In this document: positions 46,576 through 58,178 of the stretch, in pieces
Position numbering within the stretch: position 1 is the stretch's first letter
Layout of the letters: each line of letters opens with the position of its first letter
Source of the DNA: Methylophilaceae bacterium
GTDB lineage: Bacteria; Pseudomonadota; Gammaproteobacteria; Burkholderiales; Methylophilaceae
Reading direction: 5' to 3'
DNA length: 64,000 nt
NCBI GenBank assembly: GCA_043774925.1
Contig: JAYVSZ010000015.1
Location: 5,031 to 69,030, forward strand
The notes under the pieces: generated by a model
The model's database searches: none
The model's input: only the letters and a program-made list of their open reading frames with translations
What the model was told of the DNA's origin: nothing
Program-made: the position numbers and the translations under genes

Positions 46576-49404
46576 CTAGCCTATTTGTGTCAAAAGCGCT
46601 TCGGCACGTTTACGCTGATTGTCGCCGCCTTCTTTCATCACTTCCGCTAGTAGCTCTTTGGCACCTTCTTCATCATCCATCTCGATATAGGCTGAGACCA
46701 GTTCCAGCTTGGTTTCCACGTCAGCTGGCTCATCTGCAGAAGCAACAGGTGTTTCGCTTGCAGCATCATCCATATCTAAAGTGATGCCTGATAAATCTAC
46801 TGTTTTTGCTGTGCCTTCATCCGCAGCGTCAGCAGTGATTGTCGTAATATCAAAGCCAAAATCACCAGCATCTGCAGCATCACTCATTTCAAACGATTCG
46901 AAGTTGCTGCTTTCCGCCACTTCGTTGTCTTGCAAACCAAAATCGACTTTAGGCAGATCAAAAGATGCTTCCTCTACCGTTTCAAACGTCGGCGTTGCGG
47001 ACGAATTTTCTGCCCCTAATTTAGAAAAATCTAAATCTGGCATGGTGTGGCTAAAGCCAGGACTGGCCTTCATCTCAGGCGCATCTGTTGTGCTCAATTC
47101 ACCCATGTCGAAGTTCAAACCAGCATCCATCGCCGGTGTTTCTGTTGGCATATCAAATGACTCAAACGCAGTTGCAGCCACTGCCGTGCCCAATGCTGCT
47201 GTAAGCCCAGCACCCGCTAAACCACTTGTTAAATCTTGCGCTTTCTCTTTTATCGCCTCTAAACTTTTAGGCGCATCAAAATTCATGTCAAGACCATCAT
47301 CAGCTTTGGTGCTTTCTGACGCGAAATCTTTGGTTAAAGAATCGTTATCAAATGAAAAATCTAAATCTTTTTCTGCCGCTAGCGGAGAATCGGAAAAATC
47401 AGAAGCGTCTAATTTAGCGCCAGTATCGGCCAGCTTTGCTTTGCCGCCCGTTGGGCTAGCGTTAGCTTGGTAGAGCGGATTGCTCGGCTCCAGCTTAATA
47501 CCAATTTCTGCCACTCTTGCCCATATTGGGTCATCCGCACCCAATGTGGTATAAAGCTCGCCCGAAACCGTCTCAAAAGCAGACATACTCTTGCTTGCAG
47601 CGTACATTTCCAGCAATTTAAGATGCAGTTCGTAACGTTTTGGTTCTTTTGAGATGGCATCTTTCAAAATTTCTTCAGCTTGCGCGTCGCGACCATAAGC
47701 CATATACACTTCAGCTTCCGCTATCGGGTCAACGTCATTGGTGTCAATCATGCCACCACTTGCGCTTTGCGAGAAATCAGTTAAGAAGGATGTGTCGCCA
47801 GTATCTACGCTGGAGCTAGAAGTATTACCGAACACAGTATTGGCTTTTAAACCACCCGAAGTCATGATGCCTTGTTCAAAATCCGCTAGATTTTTCTTAC
47901 GTTTATTACGCAAGAACATCCAACCACCGCCTAACAATGCCAACAAACCACCTGCACCGCCCAATAAAACTGGATCTAGATTTCCTGCCATACCGGCTAA
48001 GAAGCCTGGCTGCTCAACTGGCGCAGCGATAACGGCTGGTTTAGCTTCTGGTTTGGCTTCTGGTTTTGCAGCTTCAACAGGCTTTTCTGGTGTGCTTGGC
48101 GCAGCAACCACATCGGCAGGTTTTGCTTGCTCAACTGGCTTTACCGCTTCAACTGGTTTGATTTCTGCAGGCTTTTGCTCGACAACTGGTGTTTTACTTG
48201 CTTCCGCCGCTTGTTTTTGCATGTCGGTCATTGCATTATTTTTAAGTGCCAACAATTTTTGCATATCAGCAATTTGCTTTTCAAGCGCAGCAGTTCTGTC
48301 TTGCGCCTCTTTCAAGCCTTTTTCACGCGCCGTCACCTCTTCTTGTAGCGCCGCCACTTTCGCTTGCAATGATTTAGCCTCTGCTGAGTTACCATCGCCA
48401 GCCGATAGTTTCACGACATCTTTTGGTCCATTACCTGCTGGCATCGATTTGTCTTCAGCCGCAGTTTTAATCTTACCACTAGAAGATTGTCCACTTGCTT
48501 CTGCATCGACAGGGGCAGAATCCACCACCATACCCGCTAGTTTATTACGGTAAGCATTCCAATCGGCTGTTTGCACTTTGATTTCTTGCGCTGCTGCTTT
48601 GCGTGAGAGCGCGTTTAATGCCTCTTCGGAGGGTGGGCGTATGATTTTACCCACATTCAAGCGGTTCATATTGTCGCCGCTAAACGCATCTGGGTTGGTT
48701 TGGTACAAACCAACCAACATTTGCTCAAGACTTACGCCTTCCGGCTTCATTTCGCTCGCAATTTTTGCCAGCGTATCACCTTTTTGTGTCACATACTCTT
48801 GACCCGCAGTTTCTGCGCCAGCGCTGCTAGCTTCGGTATCCGCGATTGGCTTTACTTTTCTGTTCTTTCGGCCACTTTTTTTCGTGCTAACAGGCGCATC
48901 GGCAGCCATGTTATTATCAGCTTGCGCTGCCATTTTGCTCGTTTGTACCACAGGCGCTTGCGTGGTTGAGCCAGCCTGTGTGTTGCTATCTACTTCGCCC
49001 GTGTAACCAGGCGGATCGAGCAAAACGGTGTATTCGCGCAACAAGCGGCCAGAGTTCCAATCCACTTGCAATAGCATGTCTAAGAATGGCTCGCTGATTG
49101 GCTGAGCTGAATTAAGTTTTAGAATGGGTGCGCCGCTAGCGTTTTTTGCAACTGTCACTTTAATGTTATTGTGCGATGCTGGGCGCTCAATGCCTTGCGC
49201 TGCGTATGCTTCCTCTGAAGCAATTGCGGCGGTAATTGAGGACAGCTCCTCAGCACTGACTGAAATAAGCTCAATATCTGCCTTAAGCGGTTCGCCGATA
49301 CCTGATTGCACATTCAACTTGCCTAAGCCTGCCGCAAATACTGAGATTGGCAGCAGCGCCACGCATAAGGCAACTGAGATTTTCTTTAATTTTGAGTTAT
49401 GCAC
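46576..49404 (-). CDS. fimV: FimV/HubP-family polar landmark protein
   Basis: Signal/TM, N-terminal FimV domain, LysM (YVTQKGDTLAKIA), coiled coil, TM (LLGGAGGLLALLGGGWMFL), acidic repeats, C-terminal TPR-like FimV motif (LELVSAYIEMDDEEGAKELLAEV). asd-fimV-truA context. Confidence 0.85.
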   Translation of the reverse strand: MHNSKLKKISVALCVALLPISVFAAGLGKLNVQSGIGEPLKADIELISVSAEELSSITAAIASEEAYAAQGIERPASHNNIKVTVAKNASGAPILKLNSAQPISEPFLDMLLQVDWNSGRLLREYTVLLDPPGYTGEVDSNTQAGSTTQAPVVQTSKMAAQADNNMAADAPVSTKKSGRKNRKVKPIADTEASSAGAETAGQEYVTQKGDTLAKIASEMKPEGVSLEQMLVGLYQTNPDAFSGDNMNRLNVGKIIRPPSEEALNALSRKAAAQEIKVQTADWNAYRNKLAGMVVDSAPVDAEASGQSSSGKIKTAAEDKSMPAGNGPKDVVKLSAGDGNSAEAKSLQAKVAALQEEVTAREKGLKEAQDRTAALEKQIADMQKLLALKNNAMTDMQKQAAEASKTPVVEQKPAEIKPVEAVKPVEQAKPADVVAAPSTPEKPVEAAKPEAKPEAKPAVIAAPVEQPGFLAGMAGNLDPVLLGGAGGLLALLGGGWMFLRNKRKKNLADFEQGIMTSGGLKANTVFGNTSSSSVDTGDTSFLTDFSQSASGGMIDTNDVDPIAEAEVYMAYGRDAQAEEILKDAISKEPKRYELHLKLLEMYAASKSMSAFETVSGELYTTLGADDPIWARVAEIGIKLEPSNPLYQANASPTGGKAKLADTGAKLDASDFSDSPLAAEKDLDFSFDNDSLTKDFASESTKADDGLDMNFDAPKSLEAIKEKAQDLTSGLAGAGLTAALGTAVAATAFESFDMPTETPAMDAGLNFDMGELSTTDAPEMKASPGFSHTMPDLDFSKLGAENSSATPTFETVEEASFDLPKVDFGLQDNEVAESSNFESFEMSDAADAGDFGFDITTITADAADEGTAKTVDLSGITLDMDDAASETPVASADEPADVETKLELVSAYIEMDDEEGAKELLAEVMKEGGDNQRKRAEALLTQIG

Positions 49405-49575
49405 TATCCCACCCTTAATATACTAAAATATTGCAATAACAAAAATAACATCAATTAGTTAGAGTTGCAAGCTCATAATGCACATTATATTCAACAGCTA
49501 TGTGATTGTTAGTGAATACTGTTGCTTTTTTTCAAAAAAATCGCGGAAACTTAGTCTCGCTTTGCGCGACTTTAC

Positions 49576-50691
49576 TTACTTTTGCGTGATTAAAATGCGT
49601 AACATTCGGCGCAATGGCTCGGCCGCGCCCCATAACAGCTGGTCGCCCACGGTAAATGCAGAGAGATAATCATCGCCCATGTTCAACTTGCGCAAACGGC
49701 CGACAGGCGTAGCGAGCTTGCCAGTGACAGCGGCAGGTGTCAGCTCGCGCATGCTGGCTTGGCGTTCATTCGGAATCACTTTCGCCCATTCATTCGCCTC
49801 CGCCAACATTTGACTGATTTCGTCCAGCGGCACCTTTTTTTTCAGTTTAATGGTCATGGCTTGGCTATGGCAACGCATGGCGCCAATGCGCACACACAGG
49901 CCATCAATCGGAATCGGCTTACTTTCGCGGCCAAGAATCTTATTGGTCTCCGCGCCGCCTTTCCATTCTTCTTTACTTTGTCCGTTGCCCAAGTCGCTGT
50001 CAATCCACGGAATCAAGCTGCCTGCCAACGGCACGCCGAAATTTTCGGTGGGAAAGTTACTATCGCGTAAAGTGCCAGCCACTTCGCGGTCGATGTCTAA
50101 AATCGCCGAAGCGGGGTCTTGCAAGAACGCACTCGCCACGCGATGCGCCTCGCCCATTTGATTGAGTAATTCACGCATATTCTGCGCACCAGCGCCAGAA
50201 GCCGCTTGGTAGGTCATAGAAGTCACCCACTCGACTAAGTCTGCCTCAAACAAACCATTTAATGCCATTAACATTAACGAAACCGTGCAGTTGCCGCCAA
50301 TCCAGTTATTGCCGCCTTTTTGTATTGCATCTTCAATCACGTGCATATTCACTGGGTCGAGAATAATCACCGAATCTTTGTTCATGCGCAGTGTTGAAGC
50401 GGCGTCTATCCAATGACCAGCCCAGCCAGAGCTGCGTAATTGAGGAGATATCTCACTGGTGTAATCGCCGCCTTGGCAGGAAACAATCACGTCCATTTTT
50501 GCAAGTTCAGCAATATTTTTCGCGTCTTGCAAGCTAGGCGAATCTTTGCCAATGCTAGGCGCAGCGCCGCCCGCTTGCGACGTGGTAAAAAATTGCGGCT
50601 CAATGAGCGCAAAATCATTTTCTTCTACCATCCGCTGCATCAGCACGCTGCCCACCATGCCACGCCAACCTATAAATCCCACTCTAAGCAT
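49576..50691 (-). CDS. asd: aspartate-semialdehyde dehydrogenase
   Basis: [17 protein letters not shown] is the canonical start. GGNCTVSL active-site Cys. The track extension to 50757 overlaps the entericidin-like gene. Confidence 0.93.
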   Translation of the reverse strand: MLRVGFIGWRGMVGSVLMQRMVEENDFALIEPQFFTTSQAGGAAPSIGKDSPSLQDAKNIAELAKMDVIVSCQGGDYTSEISPQLRSSGWAGHWIDAASTLRMNKDSVIILDPVNMHVIEDAIQKGGNNWIGGNCTVSLMLMALNGLFEADLVEWVTSMTYQAASGAGAQNMRELLNQMGEAHRVASAFLQDPASAILDIDREVAGTLRDSNFPTENFGVPLAGSLIPWIDSDLGNGQSKEEWKGGAETNKILGRESKPIPIDGLCVRIGAMRCHSQAMTIKLKKKVPLDEISQMLAEANEWAKVIPNERQASMRELTPAAVTGKLATPVGRLRKLNMGDDYLSAFTVGDQLLWGAAEPLRRMLRILITQK

Positions 50692-50716
50692 TGTTATTCC
50701 GTTTTGTCTGTTAAGT

Positions 50717-50836
50717 TTATTGAGTCGATTTTTTAATCGCCTCGCCACCTTTTTCAATGTCTTGGCCCACGCCGTGAATCGTGTTGCAGCCAGCTAACAC
50801 AAAAACATATATTGCTAATACTATGATTTTATTCAT
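50717..50836 (-). CDS. entericidin EcnA/B-family small lipoprotein (39 aa; below ORF-track cutoff)
   Basis: My translation is [39 protein letters not shown]. It has the lipobox LAGC and the CNT..G.G.D....G..I pattern of entericidins. Confidence 0.7.
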   Translation of the reverse strand: MNKIIVLAIYVFVLAGCNTIHGVGQDIEKGGEAIKKSTQ

Positions 50837-50850
50837 AAAAATATCCTTAA

Positions 50851-51345
50851 TTAATCGCGAAAATTACCAAATTGCATCGGGAAATCCGTCACATTTTTCT
50901 TCACAAACGCAATCGCGTCTTGCAAAATATCGCGCTTTGCGCCGTTTACGCGTACTGTATCGCCCTGAATGCTCGCCTGCACTTTCATGCCGCTATCTTT
51001 AATCAACTTGGTAATACGTTTTGCCAAGTCAGCATCAATACCCGCGCGGATTTTCAGCTCTTGCTTCACTTTATTGCCGCCCACTTTTTGCACGTCTTTA
51101 TGCTCTAAACGCTTAGAAGAATCAGGCTCTTTTTTCTCCATGCCTGGCAGCAAAATATCTTTAATCTGGTCGATCTGAAAGTCATTATCGCCGAACAAAG
51201 TAATCACGCTGTCTTTTTCGTTGAGTTCAACTTTAGCACTCGTGCCTTTAAAATCGTAGCGATTGGTAATTTGCTTGCCCGCAATATCAATTGCGTTTTT
51301 TAAGCCAACCATATCCACTTCCGAACTAATATCAAAACTTGGCAT
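50851..51345 (-). CDS. yajQ: YajQ-family nucleotide (c-di-GMP)-binding protein (UPF0234)
   Basis: MPSFDISSEVD start, NRYDFKG, QFGNFRD end. 164 aa. Confidence 0.9.
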   Translation of the reverse strand: MPSFDISSEVDMVGLKNAIDIAGKQITNRYDFKGTSAKVELNEKDSVITLFGDNDFQIDQIKDILLPGMEKKEPDSSKRLEHKDVQKVGGNKVKQELKIRAGIDADLAKRITKLIKDSGMKVQASIQGDTVRVNGAKRDILQDAIAFVKKNVTDFPMQFGNFRD

Positions 51346-51366
51346 AAAAAATCCTTAAAATCAATT

Positions 51367-51408
51367 TTAGCCGCCGATGAACGCAGATGTACGTCGATAA
51401 AAACGGAT
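51367..51408. repeat. solo copy of the repeat forming the arms of the 11140-11310 element
   Basis: TTAGCCGCCGATGAACGCAGATGTACGTCGATAAAAACGGAT versus TTAACCGCCGATAAACGCAGATTAACGCAGATAAAAACGGAT (36 of 42 identical by my alignment). Confidence 0.5.
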
Positions 51409-51487
51409 AAAAACATCAAAATACAGTTTAATAAAGTCTAAAACAACCGCCATACAAGCCAATATCCATGCGGGTTACAGAGCATAT

Positions 51488-51799
51488 TTATTCAAAGTGG
51501 CAAACGTAGTCTAACATTTCAATTGTTTCTATTTCAAAACTTGAATTCCCTGGCACGGTGAATTTTTCACCCGCGCCATAAGTTTTCCAGTCACTTTCCC
51601 CATCTAAGCGCACTTTACACTTGCCCAAATTGATTTCCATCAACTCTGGCGTAGCGGTGTTAAAAGTGAGCGAACTTGGGAAAATTACGCCAATCGTGCT
51701 ACGCGTCCCGTTTGGCAACATCACGGTGTGGCTTACACATTTGCCATCAAAATACACATTGGCTTTTTTCTTCACGCTTACATTATCAAACTGTGCCAT
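51488..51799 (-). CDS. ppnP: pyrimidine/purine nucleoside phosphorylase PpnP (DUF1255/YaiE)
   Basis: 103 aa. [15 protein letters not shown]....G....GVI.P....F.T...E.M....G. Cupin-like pattern. Confidence 0.85.
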   Translation of the reverse strand: MAQFDNVSVKKKANVYFDGKCVSHTVMLPNGTRSTIGVIFPSSLTFNTATPELMEINLGKCKVRLDGESDWKTYGAGEKFTVPGNSSFEIETIEMLDYVCHFE

Positions 51800-51836
51800 T
51801 TTTATTCCTCAAAAATATTAATTATATTAGTGTAAA

Positions 51837-52904
51837 TTACATTGCCGCGACGATTTGGTCGCCCATTTCAGAACAACTGACTTTTTTCATGCCTGCTTCG
51901 TAAATATCGCCCGTGCGGTAACCCGCTGCCAGCACTTTTTTCACTGCGTTTTCAATGCGTTGCGCCGCAGCTTCATTGTCAAACGTGTAGCGCAACATCA
52001 TGGCGGTCGATAAAATCGTTGCAATCGGATTGGCCAAATTCATACCCGCAATATCTGGCGCAGAGCCGTGCGATGGCTCGTACAAGCCTTTTTTGGTCTC
52101 ATTGAGTGAAGCAGAAGCCAGCATGCCGATTGAGCCTGTGAGCATTGAAGCTTCGTCTGACAAAATATCACCAAAAATATTGCCTGTCACAATCACATCA
52201 AACTGTTTTGGGTTACGAATCAATTGCATCGCCGCATTATCCACGTACATGTGACTCAACTCAACTTCCGGGTATTCTTTGGCGACATCAATCACAATTT
52301 CTTTCCAAAATTCTGTCGTTTCTAGCACGTTGGCTTTATCTACTGAGCAAAGTTTTTTCTTACGTTTCATGGCAATACCAAACGCTACATGCGCAATGCG
52401 GCGCACTTCAGATTCCTTATAAACCATGGTGTTGAAGCCTTCGCGTTCGCCATCCGCATTCACACGCATGCCGCGCGGCTGGCCAAAATAAATATCGCCA
52501 GTCAGTTCACGCACAATCATAATATCTAGCCCAGAAACCACTTCTGGCTTAAGTGTGGAAGCATTGGCAAGCTCAGGATACAGCACCGCAGGACGCAAAT
52601 TGGCGAACAAACCTAAATCTTTACGCGCAGCTAATAAACCGCCTGTTTCTGGGCGTAACGGACGGTCTAGCTTATCATACTGCGGGCCACCAACAGCACC
52701 AAGCAGCACCGCATCTGCCTCACGGCAAACTTTTTGCGTAAATTCTGGGTACGGATGGCCATGAGCATCGTAGCCTGCGCCACCAAAAGGCGCTTCGGTA
52801 AAGGTCATACCTAAACCTTCTTTACTCAGCACTTCCAACACACGCATCGCTTGTGCAATAATTTCTGGGCCAATGCCATCACCGGGTAAAACTGCAATTT
52901 TCAT
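51837..52904 (-). CDS. leuB: 3-isopropylmalate dehydrogenase
   Basis: [51 protein letters not shown]. Confidence 0.96.
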   Translation of the reverse strand: MKIAVLPGDGIGPEIIAQAMRVLEVLSKEGLGMTFTEAPFGGAGYDAHGHPYPEFTQKVCREADAVLLGAVGGPQYDKLDRPLRPETGGLLAARKDLGLFANLRPAVLYPELANASTLKPEVVSGLDIMIVRELTGDIYFGQPRGMRVNADGEREGFNTMVYKESEVRRIAHVAFGIAMKRKKKLCSVDKANVLETTEFWKEIVIDVAKEYPEVELSHMYVDNAAMQLIRNPKQFDVIVTGNIFGDILSDEASMLTGSIGMLASASLNETKKGLYEPSHGSAPDIAGMNLANPIATILSTAMMLRYTFDNEAAAQRIENAVKKVLAAGYRTGDIYEAGMKKVSCSEMGDQIVAAM

Positions 52905-52951
52905 ACTAATTTCCTAAATTTATTATCAACTAAATACTTGACTAAAAATCA

Positions 52952-53590
52952 CTAAGAAAACAACCAAGGCTGAACCGCTTTATGCTTGTTTTCAAACGCT
53001 TTTATCGCCTCTGCGTGTTGTAGCGTTAAACCTATTTCATCCAAGCCATTTAGCAAATTACGCTTAGAAGTTGGGTGAATTTCAAAGCCAAATGTTTCGC
53101 CGCTTGGCAGCGTGACGGTTTGCGATGGCAAATCAACACTCAAGTTGTAACCTACTGTTTTTTCACACGCTTTAAACAATTTATCAACAATATCGTGGCT
53201 AGCTACAATCGGCAACATGCCATTTTTATAGCAATTGTTAAAGAAAATATCGGCGTAACTTGGCGCAATAATCACGCGAAAACCGTAATCTTCAATCGCC
53301 CAAGGTGCGTGTTCGCGACTTGAGCCACAGCCAAAATTTTCACGCGTAAGCATAATTTGTGCGCCTTTGTAACGAGCTTGGTTAAGTACAAAGCTAGAAT
53401 TCAGCGGACGACTAGTACAATCCATGCCAGGCTCGCCGTGGTTGGTGTAACGCCATTCGTCAAACAAATACGGGCCAAAACCGCTACGCTTAATCGACTT
53501 TAGGAATTGTTTTGGAATAATCGCGTCAGTGTCAACATTGGCGCGGTCCAGCGGGCAAACTAATCCATCAATTTTAGTAAATGCTTTCAT
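52952..53590 (-). CDS. leuD: 3-isopropylmalate dehydratase small subunit
   Basis: [29 protein letters not shown]. Confidence 0.95.
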   Translation of the reverse strand: MKAFTKIDGLVCPLDRANVDTDAIIPKQFLKSIKRSGFGPYLFDEWRYTNHGEPGMDCTSRPLNSSFVLNQARYKGAQIMLTRENFGCGSSREHAPWAIEDYGFRVIIAPSYADIFFNNCYKNGMLPIVASHDIVDKLFKACEKTVGYNLSVDLPSQTVTLPSGETFGFEIHPTSKRNLLNGLDEIGLTLQHAEAIKAFENKHKAVQPWLFS

Positions 53591-53597
53591 TTTTTTC

Positions 53598-55007
53598 TCA
53601 GTTCAAAGTACGAATATCAACAAAATGGCCTGCAATCGCTGCCGCAGCCGCCATTTCTGGGCTCACCAAGTGCGTGCGCCCGCCTTGGCCTTGGCGGCCT
53701 TCAAAATTGCGGTTGCTAGTCGATGCGCAGCGCTCACCTGGCGCAAGTTTATCGGCATTCATCGCCAAACACATGCTGCAGCCTGGCTCACGCCATTCAA
53801 AACCTGCATCTGTGAAAATTTTGTCTAAGCCTTCCGCTTCCGCTTGGCGTTTCACCATGCCGCTGCCCGGCACAACCAGCGCCAGTTGAATATTGCTGGC
53901 CACTTTCTTGCCTTTGAGTACGCCTGCGGCAGCGCGTAAATCCTCAATGCGGCTATTGGTGCATGAGCCGATAAAAATTTTATCCAGCTTGATTTCGTCA
54001 ATCGGCGTATTTGGCGCTAAGCCCATGTATTTGAGCGCGAGCTCCATGCTGCCCCGCTTGGTTGCATCGGCCTCATTTGCAGGGTCTGGCACATTTGCGC
54101 CAATTGGCAATACTTGTTCTGGCGATGTGCCCCAAGTGACTTGCGGCGCAATATCAGCCGCTTTTAATTCAATGATACTATCGTATTTTGCATCGGCATC
54201 AGCAGCCAAGGTGTGCCAATAAGCCACCGCTTTATCCCAATTTTCGCCTTTTGGCGCATGCAAACGGTCTTTTAAATAATCTGCCGTTTTGCTGTCTGGC
54301 GCAATAATGCCCGCGCGCGCGCCCGCTTCAATCGCCATATTGCAAATGGTCATGCGGCCTTCCATGGAAAGCGCGCGAATTACTTCGCCCCCAAACTCAA
54401 TGGCGCAACCATTGCCGCCCGCCGTGCCAATTTTACCAATCACGGCCAATGCCACGTCTTTAGCAGTCACACCTTTACCAAGTTCGCCATCCACTTTTAC
54501 CAACATATTTTTGGATTTTTTCGCAATTAAAGTTTGTGTGGCTAACACATGCTCAACCTCTGACGTGCCGATGCCATGCGCCAATGCGCCAAACGCACCG
54601 TGTGTACTGGTGTGCGAATCGCCGCACACTACCGTCATGCCGGGCAAGGTTGTGCCTTGCTCAGGGCCAATCACGTGAATAATGCCTTGATTGGCGTGCT
54701 TAAATGGAAAGTACACAAGCGCGCCAGTTTCTTTAATATTGCTGTCTAGCGTTTCCACTTGCAAGCGCGAAATTGGGTCTTCGATGCCTTTATCCCAATT
54801 TTTGGTGGGCGTATTGTGGTCAGGGTTGGCTACAATCGTGTCACTGCGCCATGGTTTGCGACCAGCGATGCGTAAGCCTTCAAACGCTTGCGGGCTGGTG
54901 ACTTCGTGCACCAAATGTCTGTCAATATAAATTAAGCAAGTGCCGTCTGCATCTTCATGCACCACATGCGAATCCCACAATTTATCGTAAAGCGTTTTGC
55001 CTGCCAT
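53598..55007 (-). CDS. leuC: 3-isopropylmalate dehydratase large subunit
   Basis: [51 protein letters not shown]. Confidence 0.96.
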   Translation of the reverse strand: MAGKTLYDKLWDSHVVHEDADGTCLIYIDRHLVHEVTSPQAFEGLRIAGRKPWRSDTIVANPDHNTPTKNWDKGIEDPISRLQVETLDSNIKETGALVYFPFKHANQGIIHVIGPEQGTTLPGMTVVCGDSHTSTHGAFGALAHGIGTSEVEHVLATQTLIAKKSKNMLVKVDGELGKGVTAKDVALAVIGKIGTAGGNGCAIEFGGEVIRALSMEGRMTICNMAIEAGARAGIIAPDSKTADYLKDRLHAPKGENWDKAVAYWHTLAADADAKYDSIIELKAADIAPQVTWGTSPEQVLPIGANVPDPANEADATKRGSMELALKYMGLAPNTPIDEIKLDKIFIGSCTNSRIEDLRAAAGVLKGKKVASNIQLALVVPGSGMVKRQAEAEGLDKIFTDAGFEWREPGCSMCLAMNADKLAPGERCASTSNRNFEGRQGQGGRTHLVSPEMAAAAAIAGHFVDIRTLN

Positions 55008-55029
55008 GATCTTTTCCTTAAAAAAACCT

Positions 55030-56616
55030 TTAATTCAACTGCGCGTCGCGCATCAATTTATATTCAATCGCGTCTCGCATTGCATGCCAAGAGGCATCAA
55101 TAATATCGGTCGAAACGCCAATTGTAGTCCAACTGCTATTTTGGTCGGCCGATTCAATCAGCACGCGCACTTTGGCGGCGGTGGCTTTATCAGAATCCAA
55201 AACGCGCACTTTGTAATCGACCAGTTTCACACTTTTAATCGCGGGGTAAAAACGCTCCAACGCTTGCCGCACCGCCTTATCCAGCGCGTTTACTGGGCCA
55301 TCGCCTTCCGCTGTCGCCGTTTCCTCTTGCTCGCCAACGGCAATGCGCACCGTCGCGGCCGAACTAACGCCATCTTCAGACGATTCTTGCACGCCAATTC
55401 TATATTCTTTCAGCGTAAAAAATGGCTTGTACGCGCCTAGCAAGCGGCGCACCAGCAAATCAAATGAGCTTTCCGCGCTTTCGTATTGATAGCCTTCGTG
55501 CTCCATCACTTTAAGATGCGCCAGCACGCGCTTAGTTTCTTCCGAATCCTTGTTCAAGCTCGCATCTACCGCATTAATCTTGGCGAGCAGCGCAGTGCGT
55601 CCCGCGACTTCTGAAACTAAAATATGGCGCACATTGCCGACTTGTTCGGGGTTGATATGCTCGTAGGAAATCGGGTTTTTGCTCACCGCGTCAATGTGCA
55701 TGCCGCCCTTGTGCGAAAACGCGTCGTTGCCCACATACGGCGCCTTGTCGTTAAACGCCATGTTGGCGACTTCGTTCACAAAACGCGCGGTTGGCGTCAG
55801 TTCTGCAATTTTTTTCTGCGGAATGCAAGTCATACCCAACTTCAACTGCAAATTGGGGATAATCGAGCATAAATTGGCGTTGCCACAGCGCTCGCCAATG
55901 CCATTAATTGTGCCTTGCACCTGACTTGCGCCCGCTTTTACCGCCGCAATTGAGTTTGCCACCGCCATTTCACAATCATTGTGGCAGTGAATGCCAATTT
56001 GCACATTTGAAAACTGCGCGACGACTTTTTGCGTAATGCTAAATACTTCATCTGGAAAAGTGCCGCCATTAGTATCGCACAAGCACAATACATCAGCGCC
56101 CGCGTCTGTGGCGGCTTGCAGCGTTTTTAGCGCATATTCGGCATTCGCTTTATAGCCATCAAAAAAATGTTCAGCGTCAAAAACGACTTCTTTATTTTGC
56201 GCTTTTAAAAACGCAATGCTGTCGCCAATCATCGCCAAGTTTTCATCTAAACTGGTGCGCAAAATCTCCGTCACTTGATAATCCCAACTTTTGCCAAAAA
56301 TAGCCACGGCGGCGGTTTTTGCGCTTAAAAGTGATTGCAAATTGCCGTCGGAAGCCGCATGGATATTGGGTTTGCGCGTGCTGCCAAAAGCGATGATTTT
56401 CGCATGCTTTAATTTAAGCGCACTCGCCCGCTCAAAAAACGCCAAATCTTTCGGATTCGATCCCGGATTACCCGCTTCGATATAGCCAATGCCCAAATCG
56501 TCCAAGCGCTGGACAATTTTGAGTTTATCCTCGACCGTAAACGAGACGCCTTGCGCCTGCGCGCCGTCGCGTAAGGTGGAATCATAGATGATTATTGGCA
56601 TAACCACTTGGCTCAT
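55030..56616 (-). CDS. cimA: (R)-citramalate synthase (LeuA-family, CimA type)
   Basis: 528 aa. [48 protein letters not shown] and [13 protein letters not shown]. Length and N-terminus match the CimA clade rather than classical LeuA. TAATG overlap with argG, upstream of leuCDB. Confidence 0.75.
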   Translation of the reverse strand: MSQVVMPIIIYDSTLRDGAQAQGVSFTVEDKLKIVQRLDDLGIGYIEAGNPGSNPKDLAFFERASALKLKHAKIIAFGSTRKPNIHAASDGNLQSLLSAKTAAVAIFGKSWDYQVTEILRTSLDENLAMIGDSIAFLKAQNKEVVFDAEHFFDGYKANAEYALKTLQAATDAGADVLCLCDTNGGTFPDEVFSITQKVVAQFSNVQIGIHCHNDCEMAVANSIAAVKAGASQVQGTINGIGERCGNANLCSIIPNLQLKLGMTCIPQKKIAELTPTARFVNEVANMAFNDKAPYVGNDAFSHKGGMHIDAVSKNPISYEHINPEQVGNVRHILVSEVAGRTALLAKINAVDASLNKDSEETKRVLAHLKVMEHEGYQYESAESSFDLLVRRLLGAYKPFFTLKEYRIGVQESSEDGVSSAATVRIAVGEQEETATAEGDGPVNALDKAVRQALERFYPAIKSVKLVDYKVRVLDSDKATAAKVRVLIESADQNSSWTTIGVSTDIIDASWHAMRDAIEYKLMRDAQLN

Positions 56617-57851
56617 TATTTCTTCTTTTGCTTCAAGTTCGCGGCAATGCGCATTCTGAGTGCGTTGAGCTTGATAAAGCCGCCTGCGTCTTTTTGGTCG
56701 TAAGCCCCCGCATCGTCCTCAAACGTCGCAATGGTGCTGTCGAACAGCGAGTCAGTTTTGCTGTCACGTCCAGTCACAATCACGTTGCCTTTGTAAAGCT
56801 TCAAGCGCACCCAACCATTGACCGTGCTTTGCGTGTGGTCAATCAGCTTTTGCAAAGCCAAACGTTCAGGGCTCCACCAATAGCCGTTGTAAATCATGCT
56901 GGCGTAGCGCGGCATCAAATCGTCCTTCAAATGTGCCACTTCGCGGTCTAGTGTAATGCTTTCAATGGCGCGATGCGCTTTGAGCATAATGGTGCCGCCC
57001 GGTGTTTCATAGCAACCGCGCGACTTCATGCCGACGTAGCGATTTTCTACCAAATCCAAGCGGCCAATGCCATGTTTGCCGCCAATTTTGTTTAAATGCG
57101 CGAGCAATTCATGCGGTTTCATTTTCTCGCCGTTGAGCGAAATCGGGTCGCCATTGACGTATTCAATATCCAAATATTCCGCCGCATCTGGCGCTTTTTC
57201 AGGGCTTACTGTCCAGCGCCACATGCTTTCCTCGGCTTCTGCGGCGGGGTTTTCCAAATGGCGGCCTTCGTAGGAAATGTGCAACAAGTTCGCATCCATG
57301 CTGTATGGGCTACCGCCTTGCTTGTGCTTCATTTCAACCGCTATATTATTGGCTTCCGCGTAATTCATCAACTTTTCGCGGCTAAGCAAATCCCATTCGC
57401 GCCACGGTGCAATAATTTGAATATTCGGGTTTAGCGCATACGCGCCCAGCTCAAAACGCACTTGATCGTTGCCTTTGCCAGTCGCGCCGTGCGATATGGC
57501 ATCCGCATTGGTTTCAGCCGCGATTTCAATTAAGCGCTTGGCAATTAACGGGCGCGCGATGGAAGTGCCGAGCAAATATTCGCCTTCATACACCGTGTTG
57601 GCGCGAAACATCGGGAACACAAAATCGCGCACGAATTCTTCACGCAAATCGTCAATGTAAATTTCTTTAACGCCTGCCTGTTTAGCCTTAGCCCGCGCGG
57701 GCTCTAGCTCTTCACCCTGACCTAAGTCAGCGGTAAAAGTCACCACTTCACATTGATATTCGTCTTGTAGCCATTTTAAAATGACCGAGGTATCAAGGCC
57801 GCCCGAATAGGCTAGCACTACCTTTTTGACCGCTTTTTTAACATCGCTCAT
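56616..57851 (-). CDS. argG: argininosuccinate synthase
   Basis: [45 protein letters not shown]. The track start at 57872 is TTG; ATG at 57851 gives the canonical length. Confidence 0.95.
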   Translation of the reverse strand: MSDVKKAVKKVVLAYSGGLDTSVILKWLQDEYQCEVVTFTADLGQGEELEPARAKAKQAGVKEIYIDDLREEFVRDFVFPMFRANTVYEGEYLLGTSIARPLIAKRLIEIAAETNADAISHGATGKGNDQVRFELGAYALNPNIQIIAPWREWDLLSREKLMNYAEANNIAVEMKHKQGGSPYSMDANLLHISYEGRHLENPAAEAEESMWRWTVSPEKAPDAAEYLDIEYVNGDPISLNGEKMKPHELLAHLNKIGGKHGIGRLDLVENRYVGMKSRGCYETPGGTIMLKAHRAIESITLDREVAHLKDDLMPRYASMIYNGYWWSPERLALQKLIDHTQSTVNGWVRLKLYKGNVIVTGRDSKTDSLFDSTIATFEDDAGAYDQKDAGGFIKLNALRMRIAANLKQKKK

Positions 57852-57875
57852 AAAACTTAAATTCCCAATCAATAA

Positions 57876-58178
57876 CTAACCCAAAAATAAATCAAAAGCA
57901 ATTAACACGCTCACAATACCCATTACCGTTAGCCCAGCTAGAAACAACCAATCGGCTATTTGTTCCAATTTTTCAGCATTTTCTTCTTGCCTTATCGTCC
58001 AAAAAGACAGCCAAGCGCTCACGATAAATACAAAAGAATTAATCGCTAAAATTTCATCTGCCCAAGATGATACGGCATTTTTTGGTATTAACTGCACCAG
58101 CGAAATCACCGTCATGCATACACCCGCCATAGTGGCTGATACGGGCAAGATATGGTAATTGTTTTTGCTAGCCTCCAA
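57876..58178 (-). CDS. small 3-TM membrane protein of unknown function inside the arg cluster (TTG start abutting argF stop; alternative ATG at 58130)
   Basis: ORF fills the argF-argG gap exactly. Three hydrophobic segments. No recognisable family. Confidence 0.4.
   Translation of the reverse strand: MEASKNNYHILPVSATMAGVCMTVISLVQLIPKNAVSSWADEILAINSFVFIVSAWLSFWTIRQEENAEKLEQIADWLFLAGLTVMGIVSVLIAFDLFLG

Noticed and set aside
46709-48553. Long plus-strand ORFs (254 and 271 aa, Ser/Ala-rich) antisense to fimV
   Set aside because: They mirror the low-complexity Ala/Glu/Pro-rich FimV coding sequence. They have no start context or motifs and are typical antisense artefacts.
49526-49575. Possible terminator after asd (TCGCG-19 nt-CGCGA followed by T-run on the minus strand)
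   Set aside because: It has a 5-bp stem and a large loop, so support is low.
50692-50757. 22-codon extension of asd
   Set aside because: The canonical Asd N-terminus ([14 protein letters not shown]) starts at 50691. The extension overlaps the entericidin-like ORF.
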